In this document: piece after piece, positions 30,450-40,140 of the stretch
Layout of the letters: each line of letters starts with the position of its first letter
Numbering within the stretch: the stretch's first letter is position 1
Source: an uncultured virus (IMG/VR IMGVR_UViG_3300028654_000194)
Taxonomy: Duplodnaviria > Heunggongvirae > Uroviricota > Caudoviricetes
Virus record (IMG/VR): IMGVR_UViG_3300028654_000194
Strand: one strand, 5' to 3'
DNA length: 64,000 nt
Notes under the pieces: model-generated
What the model was told of the DNA's origin: nothing
Database searches by the model: none
The model's input: only the letters and a program-made list of their open reading frames with translations
Position numbers and translations under genes: made by a program

Positions 30450-30769
30450 CCACATACAGACGCATCGAACAATATGGACCCGTCATTGCAATCCGCTTTC
30501 GCTTTGAGAAGGCTGCGGGTCGTTTACCGATGCACACGCATGAAGCTGACCAGCAGCACATCACAATCGTGACGCGCGGGTCTGCGCATTTGTTCGGTGA
30601 TGGTTGGTCAAAGACCGCGACTATCGGTGAGACAGTGGAATTTCATGGAGAAGAAAACACCCATGAAATAGTCGCGCTGGAAGACGACACGGAAATTCTG
30701 AACATCTGCAAGTACACGGCACCAACCAGTGCTGATCAAAAGAGTGAATGGGAAAGGATACTGACATGA
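30446..30769 (+). CDS. Cupin-like protein
   Basis: PMHTH....H motif and THEIVALED; ATGA coupling. Confidence 0.65.
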   Translation: MTTYRRIEQYGPVIAIRFRFEKAAGRLPMHTHEADQQHITIVTRGSAHLFGDGWSKTATIGETVEFHGEENTHEIVALEDDTEILNICKYTAPTSADQKSEWERILT

Positions 30770-30897
30770 CTGGCTTGATCGTTGGCGGCGTCGTGATCGC
30801 TGCAATCGTTGTGTTCCTGATTGTCCGCAGTAAGGCATCGTCTGGCAGCGCAAGCTCTGGCGGTGGCAGCAACAGTCCCAAGAAGCCTGTGGCATGA
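30766..30897 (+). CDS. Small membrane protein
   Basis: MTGLIVGGVVIAAIVVFLIVRSK...; ATGA overlaps at both ends; not in the ORF track. Confidence 0.55.
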   Translation: MTGLIVGGVVIAAIVVFLIVRSKASSGSASSGGGSNSPKKPVA

Positions 30898-31499
30898 TCA
30901 CTGCTGATCAGCTTGTCCGGCTTGCCGGGCAGCATGCGCCTCTGGCGGAACAGCTTGCGCCGGAATTAGCTTCGCAACTCAACAACTGGGCGCCGTTGCG
31001 CGTGGCGCACTTCCTTGCGCAATGCTGCTATGAGTCCGCGTTCTATTCAAAGCTGCAAGAGAATTTGAACTACAGCGCAGGGCGCATCGAGCAAGTATGG
31101 CCACGCCTCGTCGGGCGCGGAGAAGAACTTCAGCACAACCCACAGGCGCTGGCGAACGCAGTCTATGCCAACAAGTATGGCAATGGCGATGAAGCATCTG
31201 GCGATGGCTGGAAGTATCGCGGCCAAGGCTTAATCCAGATCACGTTCAAGTGGAACTACACAGCAGTGATGGCGCATCTCGATCCGCTTCATCCGCTGGA
31301 CATTGTGACTAATCCAACGCTGGCCACCACGCCTGCTGGCGCTGTCGCATCCGCCATTGCCTTTTGGAAGATGCGCGGATGCGACAGCATAGCAGACAAT
31401 GACAATGTTGTTGGCGTAACGAAACTGATCAATCCTGCGCTGGAAGGTTTGACAGATCGTAAAATTCTCACTGTAAGAGCGAAAGGAATTTTCACATGA
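30894..31499 (+). CDS. Endolysin, glycoside hydrolase family 19
   Basis: AHFLAQ..ES, ENLNYS, GDGWKYRGQGLIQIT motifs. Confidence 0.92.
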   Translation: MITADQLVRLAGQHAPLAEQLAPELASQLNNWAPLRVAHFLAQCCYESAFYSKLQENLNYSAGRIEQVWPRLVGRGEELQHNPQALANAVYANKYGNGDEASGDGWKYRGQGLIQITFKWNYTAVMAHLDPLHPLDIVTNPTLATTPAGAVASAIAFWKMRGCDSIADNDNVVGVTKLINPALEGLTDRKILTVRAKGIFT

Positions 31500-31648
31500 C
31501 AAACAATACATGGATGACGATTGAAGCGCAGATCAAGCAGGAATGGAATTGGTTCTATGCATCGGTCGCATTGCACCCGCATCTCTGGCTAGTCGCAGCA
31601 CTGTTTGTCAGCAGCTTGACCACGCACTTCATCGACAAGGTGCTGTGA
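31496..31648 (+). CDS. Small hypothetical membrane protein
   Basis: 50-aa ORF (MTNNTWMTIE...) coupled to both neighbours. Confidence 0.5.
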   Translation: MTNNTWMTIEAQIKQEWNWFYASVALHPHLWLVAALFVSSLTTHFIDKVL

Positions 31649-31971
31649 TGGTTGGTGAGGGTATCAACCCTGCCAATCCTGCCGGTCGCGTTCCGATAAC
31701 CGCAGCGGCACATGCCGCTGCCAGCGATGCGCATCGTCTCAAGTTCGAACAGCGCGCCACCGCGCTGATTGTCGGTGTGTTGGCGATTGCACTGCTGCTT
31801 TGCTTCATTGCGATCATCATTGAACGCGACTGGGCCGAACATATCGGCAAGCAGATCACTGCCATGCGCGACAACATCACCTATTTCGTTGGCATGATCG
31901 GCGCGACGCTCGGTCTGTCATGGGGCCGTGGCGCGCTCAACCAGCGCAAAGACAATGATGGAGAACACTGA
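31648..31971 (+). CDS. Putative holin
   Basis: Two hydrophobic helices and a charged C-terminus, in the lysis cassette. Confidence 0.55.
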   Translation: MVGEGINPANPAGRVPITAAAHAAASDAHRLKFEQRATALIVGVLAIALLLCFIAIIIERDWAEHIGKQITAMRDNITYFVGMIGATLGLSWGRGALNQRKDNDGEH

Positions 31972-32540
31972 TGCCCACACAACTGATCGCCTATCTTGCC
32001 GGTGCGCTGATGCTGCTGGGTATCGGCGGCTATGGCGGATACCAAGTCACCGCATGGGCGAAAGACGAAACGATCAACACGATCAAGCTGGCCGACGCCA
32101 CGGCGCAGAAGCAGGCTGCCGATCTGTCCGCAGCGAACCAGCGCAACGCCGATCTGCTGGACAAGGACAGGGCAGTGAAAGATGCCGCCGCGCAGCAGCA
32201 TCTGCAAGATTTGGCAAACCTAATACCAACTCAGGTGACGCATTATGTCTCGAATAAAGTTCCTTGCATTAGCGTTGGCTTTGTCCGCGTGCTCGACGCC
32301 GCCGTCATCGGCACCGACCCCGCCAACCTACCCCTTGCCAGCGGGCAGTCTAATGACACCTGCGCGGCCATTGACAACACTACTCTGGCCGCGTCCATCG
32401 CCCGCAACTACATCACCAGCGGACAAAACGCACAGCAACTGAACGATCTGATCGACAACGTCACGGCCATCCATGACCAAGTCGTGGGGGGACAGGCGCA
32501 AGCGAAGCCTTCTTGGTGGGGGCGCAACTTTGGAAAATGA
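31971..32540 (+). CDS. Inner-membrane spanin (Rz-like)
   Basis: N-terminal TM segment, coiled coil and Cys-containing C-terminus. Confidence 0.7.
   Translation: MPTQLIAYLAGALMLLGIGGYGGYQVTAWAKDETINTIKLADATAQKQAADLSAANQRNADLLDKDRAVKDAAAQQHLQDLANLIPTQVTHYVSNKVPCISVGFVRVLDAAVIGTDPANLPLASGQSNDTCAAIDNTTLAASIARNYITSGQNAQQLNDLIDNVTAIHDQVVGGQAQAKPSWWGRNFGK
32245..32442 (+). CDS. Outer-membrane spanin lipoprotein (Rz1-like), embedded in the Rz-like gene
   Basis: Signal peptide with lipobox LSAC followed by a Pro-rich mature part; +1 frame inside 31971-32540. Confidence 0.75.
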   Translation: MSRIKFLALALALSACSTPPSSAPTPPTYPLPAGSLMTPARPLTTLLWPRPSPATTSPADKTHSN

Positions 32541-32814
32541 TCGCAAGTTCGAAGACGAACGCTGGATGCTGCACGCGAAGGTTCACGAAGTCGCGGAAAA
32601 GAACGTGGACCGTCGCCTGCATGAGATGAACGAGTTCCGTGCGCAGATCAACACGGAACGCGGGCAATACGTCACGCGCACCAACTACGACCTCCAGCAC
32701 GAAACCCTGCGCACGGCCATCGATGATCTTCGCAAGACCGTCTGGATGGCGACAGGCGGTGTGCTGGTCATCAGTTTTGTTGTGACACTTCTCATTCATT
32801 TTGGGGGCAAATGA
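32530..32814 (+). CDS. Coiled-coil protein with C-terminal TM helix
   Basis: Hydrophobic C-terminus; start uncertain. Confidence 0.55.
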   Translation: MENDRKFEDERWMLHAKVHEVAEKNVDRRLHEMNEFRAQINTERGQYVTRTNYDLQHETLRTAIDDLRKTVWMATGGVLVISFVVTLLIHFGGK

Positions 32815-32817
32815 AAA

Positions 32818-33306
32818 ATGGTCTTCGATCCTTTGAAAGAAACCGGGCAACGTCTGGCGGCAAATCTAGTCCCACCGGGCACGCCATCCAACCAGAGGTG
32901 GAAATATGACGCGACCGTGTCAGTTCTGTTGGTGGTTCTCTTGACGCACATGGCGTGGGCGTGCGGGCTGTTCATCTATGTCGGGCTGCATGGCTTCGTC
33001 ACCACGGACGTTGCCTATGCCCAAGCGCAGGCGCTTCAGAACCAGATCAACACGACCGCGCAGCGCGCCGACAGCGCGCGGCGTTCGCTGGAAATAAACC
33101 AGAACCAGATACAACTTCTCATCGTGAAAGCCAGTCTTAAAAATACGATGAAGGATTTGTGTAACGCCCAGCGCAGCGGAAATCAGGCCGCGCTGGACGC
33201 CGCGAACGGGGACATTGACAGCCTTGAAGATCAGTATCACACCTTGACCGGCTGGACCTTCCAACGCCCACCTTGTGACGTGGTTCTGGTAGGCCCTGCA
33301 AAATAA
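32818..33306 (+). CDS. Membrane-anchored coiled-coil protein
   Basis: Hydrophobic N-terminal segment followed by a Q-rich helix. Confidence 0.6.
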   Translation: MVFDPLKETGQRLAANLVPPGTPSNQRWKYDATVSVLLVVLLTHMAWACGLFIYVGLHGFVTTDVAYAQAQALQNQINTTAQRADSARRSLEINQNQIQLLIVKASLKNTMKDLCNAQRSGNQAALDAANGDIDSLEDQYHTLTGWTFQRPPCDVVLVGPAK

Positions 33307-33317
33307 AGGAACCCGCC

Positions 33318-33764
33318 GTGATCGACTTGCACTTCAAGACGCTGCACGAATTCGCAGAGTTCCTTCATCTCTTTGGCCGCTGCCGCAAGCCCCACCGACA
33401 GAAGCCGCTTATCATTGTGGGGCAAGGAAAGGTTGAAATCGACATGTTTAACATCTCTGCTGGCCAGACCAAGACCATCACTTCAGTCTTCAAGGATACG
33501 AACAGCGTAGAACATGCGTTGGCCGCTATCCCGACAGCGGTCGATGATCAGAACGTTCTGGTCTTTACGCCCTTCACACAGTCTGCCGATCCGGCGCATC
33601 CGGGCACATACACGTGTTCGGTCACGCTGCCTGCTGGCGCAACGGCTACTGGCGGCAACGTCACGGTCGATGGCGTCAACGCGGACGGCACGCACGACAC
33701 TGGTGTCGATCCGTACACCGTGGTCGCGCTGGACGACACTCTCGTTGACATTACTGTCACGTAA
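33318..33764 (+). CDS. Hypothetical Ig-like protein
   Basis: T/V/D-rich beta composition; AAGGA RBS. Confidence 0.55.
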   Translation: MIDLHFKTLHEFAEFLHLFGRCRKPHRQKPLIIVGQGKVEIDMFNISAGQTKTITSVFKDTNSVEHALAAIPTAVDDQNVLVFTPFTQSADPAHPGTYTCSVTLPAGATATGGNVTVDGVNADGTHDTGVDPYTVVALDDTLVDITVT

Positions 33765-33836
33765 GGTCGTCTTGGCAAGCATAGTGATGGCGGTGCTGGT
33801 GATCAGCGCCGCCATTGCCTTATCTGGGAGGAAGTC

Positions 33837-35117
33837 ATGTCTGACGTGATCCATCAACTCGGCAGGAACAAGACCCCGCACGATCCGCGCAACCTGCGCT
33901 TCGCCAAGTATGTCGGCGCGGCCATCGCTGCCGGTGCGCTGCCTGCACCGCCTGATGCTCTCAACTGGAACAAGGGCAGCATCCCATGGGGGATGATGAA
34001 GAACGATAGCCTTGGCGACTGCTGCATCGCAGGTGTAGGCCACATCGTTCTGGAAGACTTGTTCACCACGACCGGCACGGCGACGCGCCCGAACGACAAC
34101 CAGATCGTGGACATGTATTGCCGCGCCTGCGCGTATGTTCGCGGCAACGCCAAGACCGATCAAGGCTGCGGCCTTCAGCCGGTGCTGAACTACTGGCGCA
34201 ACTTCGGTATCGCTATCGGCAACGATCCTGTCGTCTACAAGGGCACGCTGATCAGCGGCGCGTTCAAGGCAGGTGAAAACCTGATCTGCCAGACTGCCGA
34301 TCCGCACACGGCCAAGCTTCTGGTTCTGGATCAGAACGGCCAGCCGATGAACCCCACGCAAATTCCGGCATGGTCGTTCAGCGGCACCGCGCCGACCTTC
34401 AAGAACATCTTATCTGCCGACAAGCAAAGCGCGCAGGTGAACGGCCCTGAAGGGTCGAACGAACAAGTCACCGTCAAGGACGGTGCCTTGTCCACATCGA
34501 CGGTCATCAGCTTCGTCAAGGACACCGGCATTCTCGTTTCCCAGAGCGGTGGCGTACTGACGCTGACTTCAGAACTCTATCCGTTCCAGCCGGGCGATGT
34601 CATCGTCGGCGTCAGCAGTGGCGCGCAGTTCAAGGTCGCCGCCGACAACGTGTCGGTTTTCCCGACCATGCACAAAATTCATTCCTACGTTCAGCTAGGG
34701 ACCGCCTTCGGTTTCAATCCTAATGTTGTGCCCGCTGCGCAGGCGCATCTGGAACTGAAGCTGGCGATCCAGTTGTTCGGCGCGGCGTACTGCGCGGTCG
34801 AGTTGCCGAAGTATTCGCAGTCAGGATGGGCGTCGAAAGTTTGGGACGTTCCGCCGACCGGCCTGACGGGAAACGGCGCGCGCGATAGCTGGGGCGGTCA
34901 TTGCGTTCCGATCATCGGCTACGATGCGGTCGGCCCGTACTTCGTCACGTGGAGCAAGGTCTGCCACATGACATGGGCGTACTACGACACCTATTTCGAT
35001 GAAGCCTATGCGCCGCTATCGACAGACTGGATCAACAACGCGACCAAGCTGTCGGCGTCCGGCTTCGACTTCGCGACCCTGCTGTCCGATCTGGGGCAAC
35101 TCCCCAAGGCAGCCTGA
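33837..35117 (+). CDS. Papain-like cysteine peptidase family protein with internal insertion
   Basis: NDSLGDCCIAG (catalytic Cys region) and GGHCVPIIGYD...VTW (His region). Confidence 0.7.
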   Translation: MSDVIHQLGRNKTPHDPRNLRFAKYVGAAIAAGALPAPPDALNWNKGSIPWGMMKNDSLGDCCIAGVGHIVLEDLFTTTGTATRPNDNQIVDMYCRACAYVRGNAKTDQGCGLQPVLNYWRNFGIAIGNDPVVYKGTLISGAFKAGENLICQTADPHTAKLLVLDQNGQPMNPTQIPAWSFSGTAPTFKNILSADKQSAQVNGPEGSNEQVTVKDGALSTSTVISFVKDTGILVSQSGGVLTLTSELYPFQPGDVIVGVSSGAQFKVAADNVSVFPTMHKIHSYVQLGTAFGFNPNVVPAAQAHLELKLAIQLFGAAYCAVELPKYSQSGWASKVWDVPPTGLTGNGARDSWGGHCVPIIGYDAVGPYFVTWSKVCHMTWAYYDTYFDEAYAPLSTDWINNATKLSASGFDFATLLSDLGQLPKAA

Positions 35118-35306
35118 CCGGATCGCAGGCGCTTTCTTCTTCCCGCCCTGCGCACCTTGGCCCCCGCCCGTTCGGTGGCCCGCCCGGTCATGGCCGGACG
35201 GGGGTCTTTTTACTGCCCGCTGGCGGGCGATCCTGCCGGGCGGTCCTGACAGACGCTGACCGGGCAGATCGCCGCCCAGCGAAGCCCTACGGCCCGCCCA
35301 GACAAC

Positions 35307-35341
35307 AAAAAACCCCCGCTGGCGGTCACTGCCAGCGGGGG
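35307..35341 (-). terminator. Rho-independent terminator of the leftward early operon
   Basis: CCCCCGCTGGC ... GCCAGCGGGGG stem with an A6 run on + (U6 on -). Confidence 0.75.
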
Positions 35342-35351
35342 TGCGGTAGCG

Positions 35352-38300
35352 TCAGGTTAAGATCGCGACGATCAGGCCGACCGTCAGGACCGCCCCACAG
35401 GCGACAGCCAAGACCGTGTCCAGCGACAGGGGCCGGATCGGCGGGCGGCTGGGCACCAGCGGCACCCATGGGGTGGCTGTCTGCCGGGGTGCGAAATAGT
35501 CTTCCCGGCAGTAGTCGCGCTTCGAACAGATGATCATCTCAGTCTCCTTTTCAGCCAGTACAACAAACGCAGGCGCGCGATCGTATGCAGCGGTCGCGTG
35601 CGGTAGACATCCAGTTCCGCTTCGGCCAGCGCCAGCGCGCTGTTCAGTGTCTTGATGTGGCTGGCTGTCAGGCGCAGGTGCTGCATCAGCACGATGGTGG
35701 CCGTCTCATCCAGCTTGATGCGATTGGAGTGCAGACCCATCGACTGCATCAGCCGCATCTTCTCTGCCATCGCTTCCGCAAGCTTCTCGCTGTGATGCGC
35801 GACAAAGTCTTCTACGGCCATGGGTCGCCTCCGTGATCGCGTCGCGTTTCGGCGTCGCGCCGTATCCGATCCATGGCACTGCGTGACATCTCGCGGCTGA
35901 TGCGCGCCAGATCGTAGGCAGTCTTCAGTTCGCGGCCAAGCTGCTTGACCGCCGCGATCAGTTCTTCCTTCGTCATATCTTCCAGCCGCAGCGGCCCGCG
36001 TCCCGGCGTGACGTAGATGCTGATCATCGGGATTTCGTCAGGCATGTTTTTTCACCTTCTGCTTGTCGCGCAATTTGCTCATCTTGGCGTACAGATCGAA
36101 CGCCAACATATTCACACGCGTCTCCACGCTTTCGTATTCCCCAACGATGCTGATCAGCAAATCCAGTTCCGCTGGTTTCAGGAACAGCACGATGTTGCGT
36201 TTCATGACTTATAGTCCGGCTGGCATGCAATGTCGTGAACGCCAAAGCGCCAGCTATCCCATATCACATAGGTCAGGTGATACTTCTTGCATTCATTGAT
36301 TGCTGCGCGCTGCTGCTGCGGTGTCATCTCTGAACACCCGCACAGCACCAGCAATCCAATCAGCAGAATGTATCTCATGTCGCTTTCCTTTCTGCGCGCA
36401 GGATGTCCGCACGCGCGTTCTTGATGGCTCGCTGGTTGCGCGGCGTGGCGCTGAAGTAGATCGTCTGGCAGCCGGGCTTCACCGCCTTCCAGTGACTATT
36501 CTTGCAGCGTGCGCACGCCCAGCCTCGTTCCTCGATTTCATCGATGAACTGGGAGACAGCTTTGATGTTGCTCACAACACGTGCGCCACATGCAGAATAA
36601 ACAGAAGGAAGGAGAACGCACAAAGCGCCAGACCACATCGCGCTACCCACACTGTGCCGTCATCCTTGCCAACGATTGGATCGCTCGGCGGCAATTCTGG
36701 TGCCGGTCCCGGTCGTGGCGGGATGTCGCGCGGATCATTTGTCTCACGAAAAAATTCATACTCTTTGGTCTGGTTAAACGGACTGTCAACTAGAAAAGTA
36801 TGGCGGATGGTTGTGACGCTCCATCCCATCGCGCGCATTTTTTCTAGGGTATCGTCACTGGGGTCAATCATCACTCCAAACTCCACAGTCATACCGCCAC
36901 CCCCAACGCACCCAGCTTATTGATGATGTCGCTCAACTCACGCTCCAACAGCTTGCGCAATGCTGTGTTCACTTCGCGATTAAAAATTGCGACTGCTTCC
37001 TTATTGCCCAAATTCGCAGGAATGAGTTGCCAGACATCAAAGTTGAAATAAATCTGCGGGTCTTTTTCCAGCACCGCGAGTTGTTTCTGAATGTTGTTTT
37101 TCTTTAGATCAAGTTCCATAACATCTTTCAGATTTTCCAGTTTCACATCACCCTCCTTAGCTAAGTGCCTGCAAGATGCGTTGAAGGTCGCGCGTCGAAA
37201 GCTTTTCCAGATCGTTGATCACTTCACCGCCGACGCGCTGAATGACGATGGTGTCGATGTCGGTGATCAACCTGTGCTTCACACCGATGGCAAACTTGGG
37301 CGCGATCTGCGCACGTTGAACGCTCATTTTACACCTATGCGTTGCTGTATGTAGTGGACGATCTGTGTCGGCGTCGGCAGTGTCATTGGCCGTGTGATGT
37401 AGAACATCACTTCGTTCATGGCTTCCGCGAAGCCCTGCTTCTTGCCTTTGATATATGCTTCCGTTTCGACTTCCTTCTTCACCGCAGCGCCAGCTTCCAT
37501 AGCGGCTGTCTCCATTGCGTCAATGATGCAACGCATCGACCATGGACCGCCTTCTGCCTCCCCCTTGTGCGCAGCGAGCAGGATGCGCGCGTGGTCATCT
37601 CTCCTGCTGGTCATGGTTCCACTCCGTAGTCGCGCAGTTGCTTGGCGATGTCGGACATCTGTTTTGTTAGCAGGCTGCGCAGGGTTTCACGAATGACGCG
37701 GCAGCACTCGCCAATATCGGAAGGCGCTGGGTAGTCTTGCAGATCAATGCCATTGGGCGCGGCATTGATGCCCAGTTTGGTGCCTTGTTCCAGATCGCGC
37801 TTGAACTGTTGCAGTTTTTCATACCGGATGATCAGCGGCGTGACGGTACTCATGTCAGATATTTTCATTTTACGTGCTCCTTCACTTGCCCATCACACCA
37901 TGCGGGCTGTCTTCTGTTATGATGGTGCCTTGGTCGATGATTGTTGGTTGGTCGATGAGTGAGCGGATGCGGGCTGCGCCATGCAACAGGTTCAACGTAT
38001 CGCATTCAGAAAATGCTTGTTCTAATTCGTTCGCCGCTTCCTCCAACATCTCACGGCGATAGTTGAGAATGTGCTTTACTGCGAACATTGCTGACGTGAC
38101 GCCGGACTTTTCATTCGCGCCTTCGACCGCGCGCGCTAACGAGTACGCACCGGCTTCATCCAGAATTGCTGCCGCCAACTTCTTGGCACGTTCGTATGCT
38201 GTCATCCCTTCTTTGCCGAACATCACTTCACCAACGGCAACAAGCCGCCCTTGCGCTGCCACTCACCGCACCAGTCGCCGCTGCCGACTTCCGGCCAGAA

Positions 38301-38783
38301 GGCGTTCAGCGCCATTGCATTCGGCCCGGCTGGCACCAGCAGGCACTGCGGCACGGTGCGCTTGCAGACGCGCACTTGCAGGTTGATCTGCCGATCCGGC
38401 GTCATGCCCGGCCTGCTGAACTTGCAGGTCGCGCAGGTTTCCAGTTCTCCACTCATTGCTTCTTCTCCTTGAGTTTATGCGCTTCGGCGCGGCACTGTGC
38501 TGCGCGCTCCAAGGCCCACTGCACGGTCATGCCTTCACACGGGTGACGCGCAAGGTGTTCCCACGCATGTGCGCGATCCAGCCACACAAGGGCATCAGCG
38601 ACGTTTCTTTCCATCGAAGATGCTTCCTGCGTGAAAGGACACCAGACCGAAGACGATCAGGCCGACAGCGTTGATGTGTGTCTGTGTGAAGGCGCAGGCG
38701 GCGTTGGTCGCGACCGCGCCGATGACGACAGCGAAGACGCCGTAGATCACTCTACGGCGGCATCCACCTGCTGACGCACCCAT
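35352..38783 (-). other. Cluster of small, tightly coupled hypothetical early genes (e.g. 35534-35821, 35812-36045, 36572-36892, 36889-37146, 37324-37614, 37611-37868, 38223-38456)
   Basis: Chain of - strand ORFs with overlapping stop/start codons and RBSs. Confidence 0.65.
36375..36575 (-). CDS. HicA-like (dsRBD-fold) small protein
   Basis: IEERGW....KNSHWK......FSATP pattern resembles HicA-type proteins. Confidence 0.45.
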   Translation of the reverse strand: MSNIKAVSQFIDEIEERGWACARCKNSHWKAVKPGCQTIYFSATPRNQRAIKNARADILRAERKAT

Positions 38784-39031
38784 GAGATGTCCCCGTCAAG
38801 TTGGTACGTCGCGGCGTGGCCGCGACCAAGTCCGGTCAGGCGCACGATGCGCGCGAAAGGTTCAAGCTTGTCGGATGTGCTGCGCGCCAGCGACGCGACG
38901 CACTTGTTCGCGGACTTGGGCTTGCGCTTGCCAGCGGTGCGATAGACGCCTTCGATCTGATCGCGGCGCACAGGCTTCTTCGCCTTCAGCAGCAGCGCCA
39001 GCAGCGCCAGTTGCAGTGATGTGTATCTCAT
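38747..39031 (-). CDS. Basic winged-helix-like protein
   Basis: Helical basic sequence ending in a GLGRG...Y wing-like hairpin. Confidence 0.4.
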   Translation of the reverse strand: MRYTSLQLALLALLLKAKKPVRRDQIEGVYRTAGKRKPKSANKCVASLARSTSDKLEPFARIVRLTGLGRGHAATYQLDGDISWVRQQVDAAVE

Positions 39032-39063
39032 AATTCGACCCGTAAAATAAAAGACGACAGGCG

Positions 39064-39213
39064 TCAAGGTATGATGCGCCGGATGACACGCGCCGCGATC
39101 CGCCACAACGCCTTGCGCCCGGCGCGGCGGATCATAGCGTCCGGCCCGCGCACAAAGGCGTTGACGTTGCCGATGGCGCGCGCCGTCTTGTACAGCCTGC
39201 TGCGCAGTTTCAT
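39064..39213 (-). CDS. Small Arg-rich protein
   Basis: CAGGAG RBS; MKLRSRLYKTAR..., 49 aa. Confidence 0.6.
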   Translation of the reverse strand: MKLRSRLYKTARAIGNVNAFVRGPDAMIRRAGRKALWRIAARVIRRIIP

Positions 39214-39232
39214 GTTGTTCTCCTGTGGTGAA

Positions 39233-39335
39233 GATGCCAGTCGCTTGCGCGACTGGCACCGTTCCTTGCCTCGCTCAACCATGGAGTGCCTTGACACACC
39301 GAAGGCCACCCCAACTTAGCAAACCGTATCTTGCC
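39233..39335 (-). ncRNA. GGY-NN pentamer array C with 3' hairpin (candidate guide RNA)
   Basis: 15 in-register pentamers at 39335-39261 (7 exact GGY), then GGTGCCAGTCGC-GCAA-GCGACTGGCATC. Confidence 0.7.
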
Positions 39336-39341
39336 ATGTGA

Positions 39342-39502
39342 TGCGCAAGCGCACCGGATGCCAGTCGCTTGCGCGACTGGACACCGCTATGCTTGCCATA
39401 CCAATCCCGAACGCACCTAGCCATACGATGCCGCAGCGAACCAAGCCCAGCGATACCTCACCAAACCGTGCCTGACCGATGCAAACAATGTCACGCCTCA
39501 CC
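39342..39502 (-). ncRNA. GGY-NN pentamer array B with 3' hairpin (candidate guide RNA)
   Basis: 23 in-register pentamers at 39502-39388 (14 exact GGY), starting 4 nt after the RAMP-like gene stop. Confidence 0.75.
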
Positions 39503-39506
39503 GGAA

Positions 39507-40109
39507 CTATTTGAAGCTGACGATGCCGAAGCGTCCGTACTTCGGGCGGAAGTCACCAACGCCGATCAGGCGACCGGCAGCTTCGATGGTTTCACGCAGC
39601 GCATGCCGGTCGATATATTCCGGCAGGATCACCATGATGTCGAAGCTTGCCTTCCAGCCGATACGAAAGGCCGGACGCGTGCGCGTGATCGCGTTGCGCT
39701 GGATCAGCACGCGACGGCGATCTTCGAAGTCCCACTTCTTGGTGCCCAGTGACGCCAGATCGGTCAGCACCACCACGCCCGCGTTGAACAAGTCCTTGGA
39801 CGATTTGCGCGGCGAACGCGGATCGGCGCGGAACTTGGCCGCTTCGCAGATCGACCGGCGCAGATATTCGCCGGGCAGTGCGATGTTGCCGTCAGTCATA
39901 CGGTAGACGTAGCTTTCAAGATCGTCCGTCTTCTTCGCCTTGGAGTTCTTCGCCGCAGCCGACTTCACATCGACGGCGTCGCTATCCCAGCGATGGAACA
40001 GCATGTCGCAAGAACCTTCTACGCTGACGCGCACCGTATATGGTTCCGAAAAACCAATCGCGACGGCACCATCGTTGTCCGGTTCCGAAATTTCCCTTGC
40101 CTTGTCCAT
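39507..40109 (-). CDS. Stand-alone Cas7/RAMP-like RNA-binding protein
   Basis: RAMP-like layout: first strand YTVRVSVEG, LPGEYLRRSI helix, RTRP, and G-rich loop AGRLIGVGDFRPKYGRF at the C-terminus; 200 aa; AAGGA RBS. Confidence 0.7.
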   Translation of the reverse strand: MDKAREISEPDNDGAVAIGFSEPYTVRVSVEGSCDMLFHRWDSDAVDVKSAAAKNSKAKKTDDLESYVYRMTDGNIALPGEYLRRSICEAAKFRADPRSPRKSSKDLFNAGVVVLTDLASLGTKKWDFEDRRRVLIQRNAITRTRPAFRIGWKASFDIMVILPEYIDRHALRETIEAAGRLIGVGDFRPKYGRFGIVSFK

Positions 40110-40140
40110 GATATTTCCTTCTTCCAAAACGTGCGTCAGT

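Noticed and set aside
39316..39501. 61-aa ORF over arrays B/C and the 50-aa N-terminal extension of the RAMP-like ORF over array A
   Set aside because: G/V/W/R/C-rich translations are what a 5-nt GGY period produces; the gene has a clear RBS at 40109.
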